A DNA stretch of 64,000 bases, from contig CAYTSD010000001.1 in the NCBI GenBank assembly GCA_964440495.1, positions 3,104 through 67,103 on the forward strand, given 5' to 3'. This DNA is from an uncultured Nitrososphaeria archaeon. Its GTDB lineage: Archaea; Thermoproteota; Nitrososphaeria_A; Caldarchaeales; Wolframiiraptoraceae. Position numbers and translations under genes: made by a program. Positions 1 to 10,577 of this stretch are shown here, piece after piece (the stretch's first letter is position 1; every line of letters begins with the position of its first letter). Below the pieces are notes generated by a model. It ran no database searches. It saw nothing but the letters and a program-made list of their open reading frames with translations, and had not been told where the DNA came from.

Positions 1-15
1 CGTCTCTAAAGAGGG

Positions 16-633
16 TTAGAGATTGTTGACTAGATAACTTGTTATGAGTTTGCGTTCTGCTCTCCTCAATATCTCTGAGAGTGTGGTCGGAGCTATAGAG
101 AGCTTTTCCGCAAGTTTTGTCAGGTTTAGTTTTCTCGGATACTCATAATATCCCATCGCGATGGCTGCTGCAAGTGCTTCCTCCTGCCTCGGCGTAATAG
201 CCATAACTTTCTCAAGCTTCCTAAGCTTCGTTAACTGCGGCTTAACACCTCTTTCCCTCAAAATTTTCACGATTTCCCTAAGCTCAGCTTCATCAAGAAA
301 CATTAAATCCAAATACATTACATTCTTTCCAAGAATTCTTATCGCTCTAATCTGACTCTGTTTTAAGCCAAGTTTCTTGTATGAGCAGGATAGGATTGCT
401 GCTCCAACATATCTTCCACTACCCGCCTCCCATGTTTTTAGATATTTTATCTCATCATCTCTGATTTTTTCTTCAGGATTTTTGCCGGCTTTCACAGTTA
501 TGAATACTAACCCATCTTTGGTTGGGAGGGGCTTGCATGTGAGAATCCTTAATCCTATTCTCTGTCTTTCCGCCAGTTCTTTTAGTAGAGGGCATCTGAC
601 CCCCTTTACACGTATCGTTGCTAGGACCTGCAT
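16..633 (-). CDS. Transcriptional regulator with C-terminal bacterio-opsin-activator-type HTH (HTH_10)
   Basis: C-terminal ITPRQEEALAAAIAMGYYEYPRKLNLTKLAEKLSIAPTTLSEILRRAERKL matches the archaeal HTH_10 pattern. Confidence 0.8.
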   Translation of the reverse strand: MQVLATIRVKGVRCPLLKELAERQRIGLRILTCKPLPTKDGLVFITVKAGKNPEEKIRDDEIKYLKTWEAGSGRYVGAAILSCSYKKLGLKQSQIRAIRILGKNVMYLDLMFLDEAELREIVKILRERGVKPQLTKLRKLEKVMAITPRQEEALAAAIAMGYYEYPRKLNLTKLAEKLSIAPTTLSEILRRAERKLITSYLVNNL

Positions 634-843
634 GTCCTCATATGTGAGGGTGCCTTGATTTAAGGGGAGATGGAAAACGGCTAAATAATCTAGTCTCCCC
701 GACTTCCCTCTCTGGGGAGGAAGTAGAAGCTGCCTAAGGTTTATGCTATCTGGATACTTGATAGCTACAGGTCTTGGAAAAGTTGCTGACCTTGGGGAGG
801 CTATCTTTGCTCCAAGAGGTATAAAGATAAGAGGAGGTGGAGG

Positions 844-1605
844 TTAAGACCTACTTGTCACTCCCTCAATAAAGGCTCTTACACTCCTGCCTAGAACCGA
901 GTGGTTGTATCCTCCCTCCAAGACCGCGAACACTCTTCCCTTACATCTCCTCTCAGCGAACTCTCCAATCATCTCCCCAATCCTTCTATAGTCCTCGGTT
1001 TCTAGAACCCCTCCCCAGTCGTCGACATGTCTATCGAAGCCTGCTGAGACAGCTACTAAGTCATAGTCTCCAGCGGAGGCGAGAAACCTTCTAAGAGCTT
1101 CAAGCTGCTCCACCCTACTCCCTGAGGGTAGGTGGTAGTAGGCTACCTCCCCTGCTTCTGAGAATATCTCGGCTGTCCCGTCGCCATAGTGGAGGTCGAA
1201 GTCGATTATCAGCGCGCTCCCCACCCTCCCGCTTCTCCTAAGCCTCTCAACCGCGATGGCTATGTTGTTGAAGTAGCAGAAACCCCAGCTGCTGTCCCTT
1301 CCAGCATGGTGGCCAGGAGGCCTAATAGCCCCGAAGGAGGGTTCGCCGCCCAACGCGTTCTCCGAGGCCTTGACCGCCCCACCAACCGCGAGCAGGGCGT
1401 TCTCATAAAGTCTCAGAGACCTCACGTACTCCAAGTGCCTCTCCGTGTGGACGAGTAGGATATCCTCCTCCGAGGCAGGCTCAGGCTCCACAAACTCGAA
1501 ACCAGCTCTCCTAAGCTCCTCAACTATGCTCTCCATCCTCCCAGGAGCAGCCGCCGGGTCGCTTGAATAGACCTCAAGGTATCGTGGATGATAGACTATC
1601 TTCAT
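844..1605 (-). CDS. Histone deacetylase family (Zn-dependent acetyl-lysine/acetylpolyamine amidohydrolase) protein
   Basis: Motifs [34 protein letters not shown]. Start moved from 1638 to the ATG at 1605 (MKIVYHP). Confidence 0.9.
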   Translation of the reverse strand: MKIVYHPRYLEVYSSDPAAAPGRMESIVEELRRAGFEFVEPEPASEEDILLVHTERHLEYVRSLRLYENALLAVGGAVKASENALGGEPSFGAIRPPGHHAGRDSSWGFCYFNNIAIAVERLRRSGRVGSALIIDFDLHYGDGTAEIFSEAGEVAYYHLPSGSRVEQLEALRRFLASAGDYDLVAVSAGFDRHVDDWGGVLETEDYRRIGEMIGEFAERRCKGRVFAVLEGGYNHSVLGRSVRAFIEGVTSRS

Positions 1606-1679
1606 GGCAGAGCATCTATCCGAGGCAGAGTATTTCAAGCTTAGGCTTATTAACGGCCGCTTCGAGGAACCTAGCGGAA

Positions 1680-1979
1680 TTGAGCTCCAGGAAATCCTCT
1701 AAGAAGAAACCATCTAGGGCCAGGAAGAAGACAGCTGTCAGGGAGATCTCCGTTCTTGAACACTTCCTAGTTCCCAAGCATAGGGTTCTAAGCCCTGAGG
1801 AGGCTGAGCAGGTGCTGAAAAAGTATGGGACGGAGCCTCAGAAGCTCCCCTACATCCATGCCTCAGACCCGGTCGTGAAGGCTCTTGGAGCCAAGCCCGG
1901 GGATATAATCGAGATTATAAGAGACTCTCCAACCGCTGGGAAGGCTGTCTACTACCGGCTTGTAGTGAAGAGCGAGTGA
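1680..1979 (+). CDS. rpoH: DNA-directed RNA polymerase subunit H (Rpo5)
   Basis: [14 protein letters not shown]...[42 protein letters not shown]. Start probably the TTG at 1680; the track start 1563 overlaps the HDAC gene. Confidence 0.95.
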   Translation: MSSRKSSKKKPSRARKKTAVREISVLEHFLVPKHRVLSPEEAEQVLKKYGTEPQKLPYIHASDPVVKALGAKPGDIIEIIRDSPTAGKAVYYRLVVKSE

Positions 1980-2051
1980 ATCTGTTGTTCCATTTCTAAG
2001 AACAGGCTGTTTGAGAACCTAGCATTAAAGCTCTCTGAGTAGTAGCGGTAG

Positions 2052-3215
2052 GTGATGAAGCAGAAAAGAATCCTTCTCATATTGTTGGCCGTAGTCATAG
2101 GCTCTTCCCTAATAGCTGGATACATGGCTCAACTAATCATCGGAACTCCTGTGAAAGAGGTTTATCTTGGAGGAAGGCCTCCAAGGCCTCCAGCGGAAAC
2201 CGCTACACCGAGAACCATGGTTACAAAAACAGTTACGGCGGCCACCCCGACCACCGTCACCAAACCTTCCCTAGAAGTCTCCGAGAAACGCCCTGAGGCC
2301 AAGGTCTCCTACAGCGGTCAACCTGGAAGATTCATAGCCTATAGTGGGAGCGTTGGAATCTCCGTGCCCGAGGGAGAGGTTGAGGCGGCGGCAGCTCACG
2401 TCACAGCCCTGGTGGAGGGCTACGATGGATACATCTCCTCTATGGAGGTTACCGCGAGGAAGGCGGTGATAACGGCCAAGATTCCAGCCGAGCATCTCTC
2501 AGATTTCCTAGACAGCCTATCAACCATAGGTAAGATAGAGGAGAGAAGGGTTGAGGGCATCGACGTCACCGACAAGATAATAGACCTTAAGGCTAGGCTT
2601 AGGAACGCTGAGGCCGAGGAGTCTAGGCTTCTAGAGCTTTTCGAGAGGGCTGGAACCGTAAGCGAGCTACTGGAGGTTGAGAGGGAGCTCGCCAGAGTGA
2701 GGGAGGAGATAGAGGTTCTAAATGCTCAGATTAAGAACCTTGAGACGAGGGTAACCTACTCCTCGATTACGATAAGCATCTACGAGAGAAAGGAGTATGT
2801 CAAGCTGCTGTTTAGGGTTGTGGACTCGAGGGGGGTTGAGGTTCCAGGCGCCGAGATACTCGTTAAGCCTTCTTCAACCCGTTTAATCACCGACGAGCTT
2901 GGGGAGGCTGAAGCCTTCTTCGAGAAGGGAGAAAACCTAACCATAGTAGTAACCTATCTCCGCTCAGATGGACACCTACTGAAGAGAATTCTAGAAGAAT
3001 ACGCCGACAGGGATAAGACAGTCCTTATACGGTTCGGGGAGTCCATCGAGCCTCCAGCAGTAAACCTTGAATGGATAGGTTCAGCCGCCTTAGCTGCCCT
3101 AGGAATCATGGCCACCGGGCTGCTGGTGATAGTGATAATAGTCCTACCATCCCTGATGATAGCGTTGGCGTTGTATTCCTTGGCGGTGAGGGTATATAAG
3201 AAGCTGAGGAGATAG
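2052..3215 (+). CDS. DUF4349-family membrane-anchored protein with Thr-rich linker and an extra beta-rich domain
   Basis: N-terminal TM, then DVTDKIIDLKARLRNAEAEESRLLELFERAGTVSELLEVERELARVREEIE coiled coil typical of DUF4349, then C-terminal TM. Confidence 0.75.
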   Translation: MMKQKRILLILLAVVIGSSLIAGYMAQLIIGTPVKEVYLGGRPPRPPAETATPRTMVTKTVTAATPTTVTKPSLEVSEKRPEAKVSYSGQPGRFIAYSGSVGISVPEGEVEAAAAHVTALVEGYDGYISSMEVTARKAVITAKIPAEHLSDFLDSLSTIGKIEERRVEGIDVTDKIIDLKARLRNAEAEESRLLELFERAGTVSELLEVERELARVREEIEVLNAQIKNLETRVTYSSITISIYERKEYVKLLFRVVDSRGVEVPGAEILVKPSSTRLITDELGEAEAFFEKGENLTIVVTYLRSDGHLLKRILEEYADRDKTVLIRFGESIEPPAVNLEWIGSAALAALGIMATGLLVIVIIVLPSLMIALALYSLAVRVYKKLRR

Positions 3216-3260
3216 GGCTGCTCCCCCTTAAATCCCATGCCTAGGGGAGACCGTGGGGAA

Positions 3261-3277
3261 GGAAAAGGGTTAAAATT
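3261..3277 (+). promoter_or_regulatory. Putative BRE/TATA promoter for rpoB-rpoA
   Basis: GGAAAAGGGTTAAAATT: purine-rich BRE then TTAAAA, about 100 nt upstream of the rpoB ATG. Confidence 0.4.
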
Positions 3278-3372
3278 TAGGCCTCTAATGCTTGAGTGAA
3301 GACTTGGGGTAATATGGGAGTGAAAATAGAATCGTATTACAGGATATGGTTAGATAGGGGTGGCGATACCGG

Positions 3373-6300
3373 ATGTTAAAGCAGGTTGAATTCACTAAGG
3401 AGGACCTATGGGAGGTTATGCGGGCGTTCATCGAGGAGGAAGGCCTAGTCCAGCATCACATCAAGTCCTACAACCACTTCGTCAAGGAGGGTCTGAAAGA
3501 GCTTATAAAGTCTCTGGGAGACCTCGAGGTTAGGACGAAGTATGGGACGATAACGCTGAAGATGAGGGACCCGGAGATCGGGAAGCCCAGCGTAGTCGAG
3601 ATAGATGGAACCGTTCTCGAGAATGTTAAGCCTATGGAGTGTAGGCTTAGGAACCTGACCTACGCCGCTCCCCTATACGTCACCATGTCACTCTTCGTTG
3701 ACGGTAAGCCTGTCACAAGACCTGAGAAGGTTGAGGTTGGAATAATCCCCATAATGGTGAAGTCCGAGGTATGCCCGCTCTCGAAGATGAGCGACGAGGA
3801 GCTCATGGAGATAGGTGAAGACCCTAGAGACCCAGGCGGATACTTCATAATCAACGGCTCGGAGAGGGTTATCGTAGCCATAGAAGACCTGGCGCCAAAC
3901 CGGATAATGGTCACCGAGAGGGACTCGGAGACGGGGCAGCTCAGCGCAGTAGTCCTCTCAGCAGCCTACGGTAAACAAGCTAGAACTGAGGTAACCTACA
4001 AGCCTGGAGGAGCCCTCAAAGTATTCTTCTCAAGAATCTACAAGGGAATCCCAGCGATAATCATGCTCAGAGCCCTTGGAATGACGAACGACAGAGAGAT
4101 AGTAAACATGGTCTCACAGTTCAAGGAGGCTCAGGAGCTTCTAGAACAATCCTTCCAAGAAGCCGAGGGAATAGACTCAGAGTATGAGGCTCTCCGCTAC
4201 ATCGGGAACCGGATAGCCTTCGGATACGCCGAAGAGTATAGGATGCAGAGAGCTGAACAGCTTATCGACAACGTCTTCCTACCCCACATAGGGACGACGA
4301 AGGCTGCAAGGTATCAGAAGGCGGTCTTCCTCTGCGAGATAATAGGCCGCCTACTAGAGACAAGCCTAAAGATAAGGAAGCCGAGTGACAGAGACCACTA
4401 CGCGAACAAGCGTCTCAAGCTGGCTGGCCCACTCCTCATGGAGCTCTACCGAATGGCATTCATGAAGCTTCTAAGGGATATTAGGTATCAGCTTGAGCGT
4501 GCGGCGAGCTCCCGTTACCCGATAAGCGTCTCAACCTTCGTCAGGCCTGGAATAATCACAGACTTCGTTAAGCATGCCTTCGCTACGGGTAACTGGCCCG
4601 CTGGAAGGGTTGGGGTAACCCAGCTCTTGAACCGTACAAACTATCTCGCGACGATAAGCCACCTGAGAAGGGTTCAGTCCCCCCTAAGCAGAAGCCAGCC
4701 TCACTTCGAGGCCAGAGACCTCCATGGAACCCACTGGGGTAGAATCTGCCCAGCCGAGACCCCTGAGGGAAGCAACTGCGGCCTCGTCAAGAACCTCGCC
4801 CTAAGCGCTGAGATAAGCTTCCCAGCTAGAAGGAGAGATGTATTGGAGAAGCTCTACTCCTTCGGAGTTCTCCCGCTTACAGAAGTCATCTCAAGGAGGA
4901 AACCCTATCCTGTGAAAGTCTTCGTGGACGGGCTTCTCGTAGGCTTCCACACCAATGGAGAGGAGCTGGTAAGGAGTCTGAGAGAGCTTAGGAGGAAGGG
5001 AGAGATAAGCAGCGAGATAAACTTCGCCCTCCACAAGTATGGCCGCGTCCAAGAGCTCTGGATAAACACCGATGAGGGCAGGGTTCGGAGACCCCTAATC
5101 ATAGTTGAGAAGGGTAAGCCTCTACTCAAGAAGCAGCATATAGAGTCCCTCAGGAACAGGACTCTCAGGTTCCGAGACCTCGTCTCCATGGGCCTCATAG
5201 AGTTCCTCGACGCCGAAGAGGAGGAGAACGCATACATAGCTCTCAGACCTGAAGACCTAACACCCGAGCACACCCACCTAGAGATATCGCCCTACGCTAT
5301 GCTTGGAGCAGTCGTCTCAATAATCCCCTACGCCGAGCACAACCAGTCGCCTAGAAACGTGTATGAGGGAGCCATGGGGAAGCAGGCTCTCGGAATCTTC
5401 GCAGTAAACTACGACCTAAGAGTGGACTCGAGGATGCATGTCCTAGTCTATCCGCAGCGTCCCCTAGTCGCGACGAAGGCCTCCGAGCTAATAGGTCTCG
5501 ATGTTAGGCCGACGGGCCAGAACATGGTTGTAGCGGTTCTCACGGGACAGGGATACAACATGGAGGACGCAGTGGTCTTGAATAAGTCCTCGATAGAGCG
5601 TGGCCTCGGCCTCTCACTCAGTTATAGAACCTACGAGGTTGAGGCGAGAACCTACATCGGCGGACAGAAGGACATAATCGGGATACCTGAACCAACCATC
5701 AGAGGGTATAGAGGTGAACAGAACTACCGAGTGCTGGACGCAGACGGCCTCGCCCACATAGAGTCCGATGTCAAGGGTGGAATCGTACTCGTAGGTGTGA
5801 AGAGCCCGCCAAGATTCTTGGAAGAATATCAACGCGCCCCAGCCCGTGAGATGATATGGAGAGACGCCTCCGTGGCCGTGAGACCCTCAGAGGTCGGAGT
5901 CGTCGACAACATCTTCCTAACACGCACGGAGGAAGGTAACAAACTGATTAAGGCTAAGGTTCGAAGCTTCTGTGCGGCAGAGATAGGTGACAAGTTCTCC
6001 TCACGCCACGGCCAGAAGGGAATAGTTGGAATGATATTCCCTCAGGAAGACATGCCCTACACAGAGAGCGGGATAGTCCCAGACCTAATCATAAATCCAC
6101 ACGCGTTCCCAAGCAGGATGACGATAGGCCAGCTACTAGAAAGCATAGCTGGGAAGGTTGCGGCGCTCAAGGGAGAAATTATCGATGGAACACCCTTCAT
6201 GGGCAAGCCTCTAGAAGAGCTGAGAAAAGAGCTTGAAGCACTAGGATTCAAGAGCACAGGCAAGGAAGTAATGTATGATGGATTGACGGGTAAACGGTTC

Positions 6301-6723
6301 GAGGCGGAGATATTCATCGGCGTCGTCTACTATCAGAGACTCCACCACCTAGTCAGAGATAAAATCCATGCGAGAGCGAGAGGACAGGTTCAGATGCTTA
6401 CGAGGCAGCCTACAGAGGGTAGAAGCAGAGGAGGTGGACTAAAGTTCGGGGAGATGGAGCGCGACTGCCTCATAGCGCATGGAGCAAGCTACCTACTCCT
6501 CGATAGACTTTTGGAGCAGAGCGATAGATATACGGCCTACTTCTGCGAGGAATGCGGTCTCCCAGCATACTATGACCTCAAGCAGGAGCGATTCATCTGC
6601 CCAATCCATGGAAAAGATGCGAGAGTTAGACCCGTCACACTCTCCTACGCATTCTACCTGCTCCTAGAGGAGATGATGAGCATGCTAATCTATCCTAAGC
6701 TCCTGTTCGAGGAGGAGGTGTAG
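3373..6723 (+). CDS. rpoB: DNA-directed RNA polymerase subunit B (Rpo2, unsplit)
   Basis: GYFIINGSERV, GDKFSSRHGQKG, RQPTEGRSRGGGLKFGEMERD, C-terminal Zn ribbon; 1116 aa. Confidence 0.99.
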   Translation: MLKQVEFTKEDLWEVMRAFIEEEGLVQHHIKSYNHFVKEGLKELIKSLGDLEVRTKYGTITLKMRDPEIGKPSVVEIDGTVLENVKPMECRLRNLTYAAPLYVTMSLFVDGKPVTRPEKVEVGIIPIMVKSEVCPLSKMSDEELMEIGEDPRDPGGYFIINGSERVIVAIEDLAPNRIMVTERDSETGQLSAVVLSAAYGKQARTEVTYKPGGALKVFFSRIYKGIPAIIMLRALGMTNDREIVNMVSQFKEAQELLEQSFQEAEGIDSEYEALRYIGNRIAFGYAEEYRMQRAEQLIDNVFLPHIGTTKAARYQKAVFLCEIIGRLLETSLKIRKPSDRDHYANKRLKLAGPLLMELYRMAFMKLLRDIRYQLERAASSRYPISVSTFVRPGIITDFVKHAFATGNWPAGRVGVTQLLNRTNYLATISHLRRVQSPLSRSQPHFEARDLHGTHWGRICPAETPEGSNCGLVKNLALSAEISFPARRRDVLEKLYSFGVLPLTEVISRRKPYPVKVFVDGLLVGFHTNGEELVRSLRELRRKGEISSEINFALHKYGRVQELWINTDEGRVRRPLIIVEKGKPLLKKQHIESLRNRTLRFRDLVSMGLIEFLDAEEEENAYIALRPEDLTPEHTHLEISPYAMLGAVVSIIPYAEHNQSPRNVYEGAMGKQALGIFAVNYDLRVDSRMHVLVYPQRPLVATKASELIGLDVRPTGQNMVVAVLTGQGYNMEDAVVLNKSSIERGLGLSLSYRTYEVEARTYIGGQKDIIGIPEPTIRGYRGEQNYRVLDADGLAHIESDVKGGIVLVGVKSPPRFLEEYQRAPAREMIWRDASVAVRPSEVGVVDNIFLTRTEEGNKLIKAKVRSFCAAEIGDKFSSRHGQKGIVGMIFPQEDMPYTESGIVPDLIINPHAFPSRMTIGQLLESIAGKVAALKGEIIDGTPFMGKPLEELRKELEALGFKSTGKEVMYDGLTGKRFEAEIFIGVVYYQRLHHLVRDKIHARARGQVQMLTRQPTEGRSRGGGLKFGEMERDCLIAHGASYLLLDRLLEQSDRYTAYFCEECGLPAYYDLKQERFICPIHGKDARVRPVTLSYAFYLLLEEMMSMLIYPKLLFEEEV

Positions 6724-6727
6724 AAAG

Positions 6728-9700
6728 ATGTCAATCTCATCCTACATAGGCACTGTTAAGGGAATCATGTTCGGAATCCTCTCGCCAGACATGATTAGAA
6801 AGATGAGCGTCGCAGAGATACAGAACCCAGACACCTACGACGAGGATGGTATGCCGATACCAACCGGAGTAATGGACCCACGTCTCGGAACACTTGAGCC
6901 AGGTCAGAGATGCAAGACGTGTGGAAACACGTATCTCGGCTGCCCAGGCCACTTCGGACATATAGAGCTTCCAGTCCCAGTAGTCCACGTAGGGTTCGTC
7001 AAACATATCCATAGCCTTCTCAAGGCAACCTGCCGCTCATGTGGAAGAATACTCCTCTCCGACGAGGAGATAGAGAAGTATAGGGCGCAGATAAAGAAGA
7101 TGGAGGAGGAGGGCAGGGTCTCGAAGGAGATCTACTACAAGATTCTCCAGAAGGCTATGATGGCTCCGAAGTGTCCTCACTGTGAGGAGAAGCAGTATAA
7201 GATTGAGCTGGAGAAGCCGACAACCTTCATAGAGGTTGTTGACTCGGAGAGACGTAGGCTCACGCCGCACGCCGTCAGAGCAAGACTTGAAAGAATAAGG
7301 GACGAAGACCTGGAACTTCTAGGACTGGACCCGAAGGTAGCCCGCCCAGAGTGGATGGTTATAACAGTTCTACCAGTCCCACCGGTCTATGTCAGACCAT
7401 CAATAACACTTGAATCAGGGTTCCGCTCCGAAGACGACCTAACACACAAGCTCGTCGACATACTCCGAGTCGTTCAGAGGCTTAGAGAAAACATCAACGC
7501 GGGTTCACCTTCACCAGTCATAGCCGAGCTCGCAGACCTCCTCCAATACCATGTGACAACCTATCTCAACAACGAGGTTCCGGGAGTGGCTCCAGCAACC
7601 CATAGAAGCGGGAGGCCTCTCAAGACCCTGGCGCAGAGGCTTAAAGGAAAGGAGGGAAGATTCAGGCTTAACCTGAGTGGAAAAAGAGTGGACTTCTCAG
7701 CGAGAACCGTCATCTCACCCGACCCAAGCATAAGCATCAACGAGGTCGGAGTCCCAAGAGACATAGCGATGCAGCTGACAGTCCCGGAAAAAGTAACGGA
7801 ATGGAATGTTGAGAGGCTGAGGCACTACATTAGGAATGGGCCTGACAAGTATCCTGGAGCCAAGTATGTTATTAGGCCTGACGGTAAGAGGGTTAGGTTA
7901 AAGTTTGCCCAGGACTTGGAGGAGGTTGCAAACACAATCGAGCCGGGATTCGTTGTTGAGCGGCACTTAATCGATGGAGACATTGTTTTGTTCAATCGTC
8001 AGCCGAGTCTTCACAGAATGTCGATAATGGCTCACAGGGTCAAGGTTCTACCCTACAAGACCTTCCGACTGAATCTAGCTGTCTGCACACCCTACAACGC
8101 CGACTTCGATGGAGACGAGATGAACCTACATGTTCCTCAGAGTGAGGAGGCTCAGACGGAGGCGCGGATACTCCTAATAGTCCAGAACAATCTCCTCTCA
8201 CCGCGTTACGGTGCACCAATAATCGGCGCAATAAGAGACTTCATAACAGCTATGTATCTCCTAACAAGGGATGGAACCTATCTAACAAGCAAGGAGCTAT
8301 CCTACATCCTAACCGCAATAGGGTATGAGGGAGAGGTTCCAGAGCCTGAGATAAAGAAGCCTGAGCCGAGGTGGAGTGGGAAGCAGATATTCAGCCTACT
8401 CCTCCCGAAGGGCTTCAACCACCACTTCAGAGCCTCATTCTCACCAGACATAGAAGTGGTAATAGAGGATGGAAAACTGGTCAAAGGTGTAATAGACAAG
8501 AGTGCGATAGGTGTTGAGAAAGCTAACAGCATCCTTCATAGAATAGCGATGGAGTATGGAACCGAGGCGGCCAAAGAGTTCCTCGACAAAATCGTCAAGG
8601 TTGCGAACACCTATCTGAATCTACGTGGATTCAGCTTCGGCGTCGACGACCTAGAGATACCTAAGGAAGCCTACAAGGAGCTTAAGAAGGTCTTTAAGAA
8701 GATGGATGAAGCCTTTAACGCCCTCAAAGCAAACTATGAGCGTGGAAGAATAGAGGTTAGACCTGGAGAGACGCTTGAACAAGCATTCGAATCCAATATT
8801 CTCCAGATACTCTCCGAGGCGAGAGAAGAAGCAGGGAAGGTCGCTAGAAAATACATCTCACCTGAAAGTAGCGCCGTGATAATGACGAGAACCGGGGCAA
8901 GAGGCTCCCTGTTAAACATCGACCAGATGGTCGCGGTTGTTGGGCAGCAGGCCGTTAGGAGGGAACGTATTAAGAGAGGATTCATGGACCGTGTTCTAAC
9001 CTTCTTTAAGCCTGGAGATGTCTCGCCTAAGGCTAGGGGATTCGTCTACCACTCCTTCATCCAGGGACTAGACCCGATAGAGTTCTTCTTCCACATGGCC
9101 GGTGGAAGAGACGGCCTCGTCGACACGGCTGTGAGAACCCAGCAGAGCGGATACATGCAGCGTCGTCTAATCAACGCCCTCGAATCTCTCTACGTCGAGT
9201 ATGATGGAACTGTGAGAACGACAGATGAGAAGCGTATAGTCCAGTTCCTCTACGGTGAGGATGGGATAGACCCCTCGAAGAGCTATCACGGTGAAGCCGT
9301 AAACATAGGGGTCCTAATAGATAGGCTTGGAATCAAACGTGGAGCTAAGCCGCCGATAAGTCAAGGGAAGCTTGAGGAGATGCTGAAAGAATATGAGGCC
9401 AGGATTCCGCCGATGCTTCTGGAGAAGGCGAAGGAGACGATAACTAAGACTAAGATAAGTGAGAGTGACGCTGACAGGCTTCTAAGAGAGATATACAAAG
9501 AGTATGGGAGGAATAGGGTTGAGCCTGGGGAGGCTGTTGGAATAGTTACAGCTCAGTCGATAGGTGAGCCGAGCACCCAGCTCACCCTCAGAACCTTCCA
9601 CTTCGCTGGAGTACGTGAGCAGAGCATCCTCCTAGGACTCCCAAGACTCATCGAGATAGTTGACGCAAGGAAGACTCCATCCACACCTATAATGCGTATC

Positions 9701-10537
9701 CCGCTTGAGCCTGAGTATGCCAAGAGCAAGGTGAAGGCTCAGAGGCTTGCACGCCAGCTCCGGTACACGGTCTTCGAAGACATAGTCTCAGGAGTAGGCT
9801 ACAACCTTAGAAGAAACGCGGTAGTCCTACAGCTTGACGAGCAGGCCATGAGGCTCCGTGGAGTAACGATGAAGGATGTTGAGCAGGCCTTGAAGCACAG
9901 CAAGCTAAAGTATAGTATAGCCGACAAAAGCGTGTCGGTAACATCCGGAGAAGAGGGGATTCAGAGCCTTGAGAAGTTGAAGGATAAGCTTCTAGCGATG
10001 AAGGTTAAGGGGGTCAAGAGGATAAAGAAGACCATGGTCAAGTATGAGAACGGGGAATATGTTATACTGACCGACGGCTCAAACCTAAAGGAGGTTATCC
10101 AGATACCTGGAGTCGATTATAGACGTGTCTGGACCAACAATATCCACGAGATAGCGGAGGTCTTCGGGATAGAGGCGGCTAGGGCGGCGATAGTGAGGGA
10201 GATGAAGCATGTTCTCGACGAGCAGGGACTCGACGTGGATATAAGACATCTAATGCTCCTCGCAGACATGATGACCCTTAACGGCTCAGTCAAGCAGGTT
10301 GGAAGACATGGAGTAGTCCGATTGAAGAGCAGCCCACTCGCTAGAGCAGCCTTCGAGATAAGCGTCCAGACACTCCTAGACGCGGCTGTGAGAGGAGAGA
10401 TTGACTGGCTTCGCGGAAACGTTGAACGTATCCTGATAGGAAAGGAGATTCTCGTCGGCACGGGGATGGTCTCCCTCCTAATGATGTATCCTGGGATAGC
10501 TGACGGAGGCTTAGGCAAGGAAGAGAAGAAGAGCTGA
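6728..10537 (+). CDS. rpoA: DNA-directed RNA polymerase largest subunit (Rpo1), A' and A'' fused
   Basis: Catalytic NADFDGDEMN, N-terminal Zn sites, and A''-type GEAVGIVTAQSIGEPSTQLTLRTFH in one 1269-aa ORF. Confidence 0.99.
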   Translation: MSISSYIGTVKGIMFGILSPDMIRKMSVAEIQNPDTYDEDGMPIPTGVMDPRLGTLEPGQRCKTCGNTYLGCPGHFGHIELPVPVVHVGFVKHIHSLLKATCRSCGRILLSDEEIEKYRAQIKKMEEEGRVSKEIYYKILQKAMMAPKCPHCEEKQYKIELEKPTTFIEVVDSERRRLTPHAVRARLERIRDEDLELLGLDPKVARPEWMVITVLPVPPVYVRPSITLESGFRSEDDLTHKLVDILRVVQRLRENINAGSPSPVIAELADLLQYHVTTYLNNEVPGVAPATHRSGRPLKTLAQRLKGKEGRFRLNLSGKRVDFSARTVISPDPSISINEVGVPRDIAMQLTVPEKVTEWNVERLRHYIRNGPDKYPGAKYVIRPDGKRVRLKFAQDLEEVANTIEPGFVVERHLIDGDIVLFNRQPSLHRMSIMAHRVKVLPYKTFRLNLAVCTPYNADFDGDEMNLHVPQSEEAQTEARILLIVQNNLLSPRYGAPIIGAIRDFITAMYLLTRDGTYLTSKELSYILTAIGYEGEVPEPEIKKPEPRWSGKQIFSLLLPKGFNHHFRASFSPDIEVVIEDGKLVKGVIDKSAIGVEKANSILHRIAMEYGTEAAKEFLDKIVKVANTYLNLRGFSFGVDDLEIPKEAYKELKKVFKKMDEAFNALKANYERGRIEVRPGETLEQAFESNILQILSEAREEAGKVARKYISPESSAVIMTRTGARGSLLNIDQMVAVVGQQAVRRERIKRGFMDRVLTFFKPGDVSPKARGFVYHSFIQGLDPIEFFFHMAGGRDGLVDTAVRTQQSGYMQRRLINALESLYVEYDGTVRTTDEKRIVQFLYGEDGIDPSKSYHGEAVNIGVLIDRLGIKRGAKPPISQGKLEEMLKEYEARIPPMLLEKAKETITKTKISESDADRLLREIYKEYGRNRVEPGEAVGIVTAQSIGEPSTQLTLRTFHFAGVREQSILLGLPRLIEIVDARKTPSTPIMRIPLEPEYAKSKVKAQRLARQLRYTVFEDIVSGVGYNLRRNAVVLQLDEQAMRLRGVTMKDVEQALKHSKLKYSIADKSVSVTSGEEGIQSLEKLKDKLLAMKVKGVKRIKKTMVKYENGEYVILTDGSNLKEVIQIPGVDYRRVWTNNIHEIAEVFGIEAARAAIVREMKHVLDEQGLDVDIRHLMLLADMMTLNGSVKQVGRHGVVRLKSSPLARAAFEISVQTLLDAAVRGEIDWLRGNVERILIGKEILVGTGMVSLLMMYPGIADGGLGKEEKKS

Positions 10538-10577
10538 GGAAGGCTCTTATACACCCACTCCACCTAAAGATGCCTAG

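Noticed and set aside
634..770. Several short inverted repeats upstream of the HTH regulator (CCTCA/TGAGG, GGGGAGA/TCTCCCC, GCTATC/GATAGC)
   Set aside because: Stems of 5-7 bp with no shared consensus; no recognisable ncRNA
743..847. 34-aa + strand [37 protein letters not shown] ending in a ubiquitin-like GG and overlapping the HDAC stop (TTAA)
   Set aside because: Far too short for a beta-grasp fold, with an in-frame stop at 686-688 and no earlier start; cannot be distinguished from chance
9563..9601. RNAP trigger-loop variant GEPSTQLTLRTFH
   Set aside because: Ser and Leu substitutions each occur in other RNA polymerases, and the key Gln/Arg/His residues are intact
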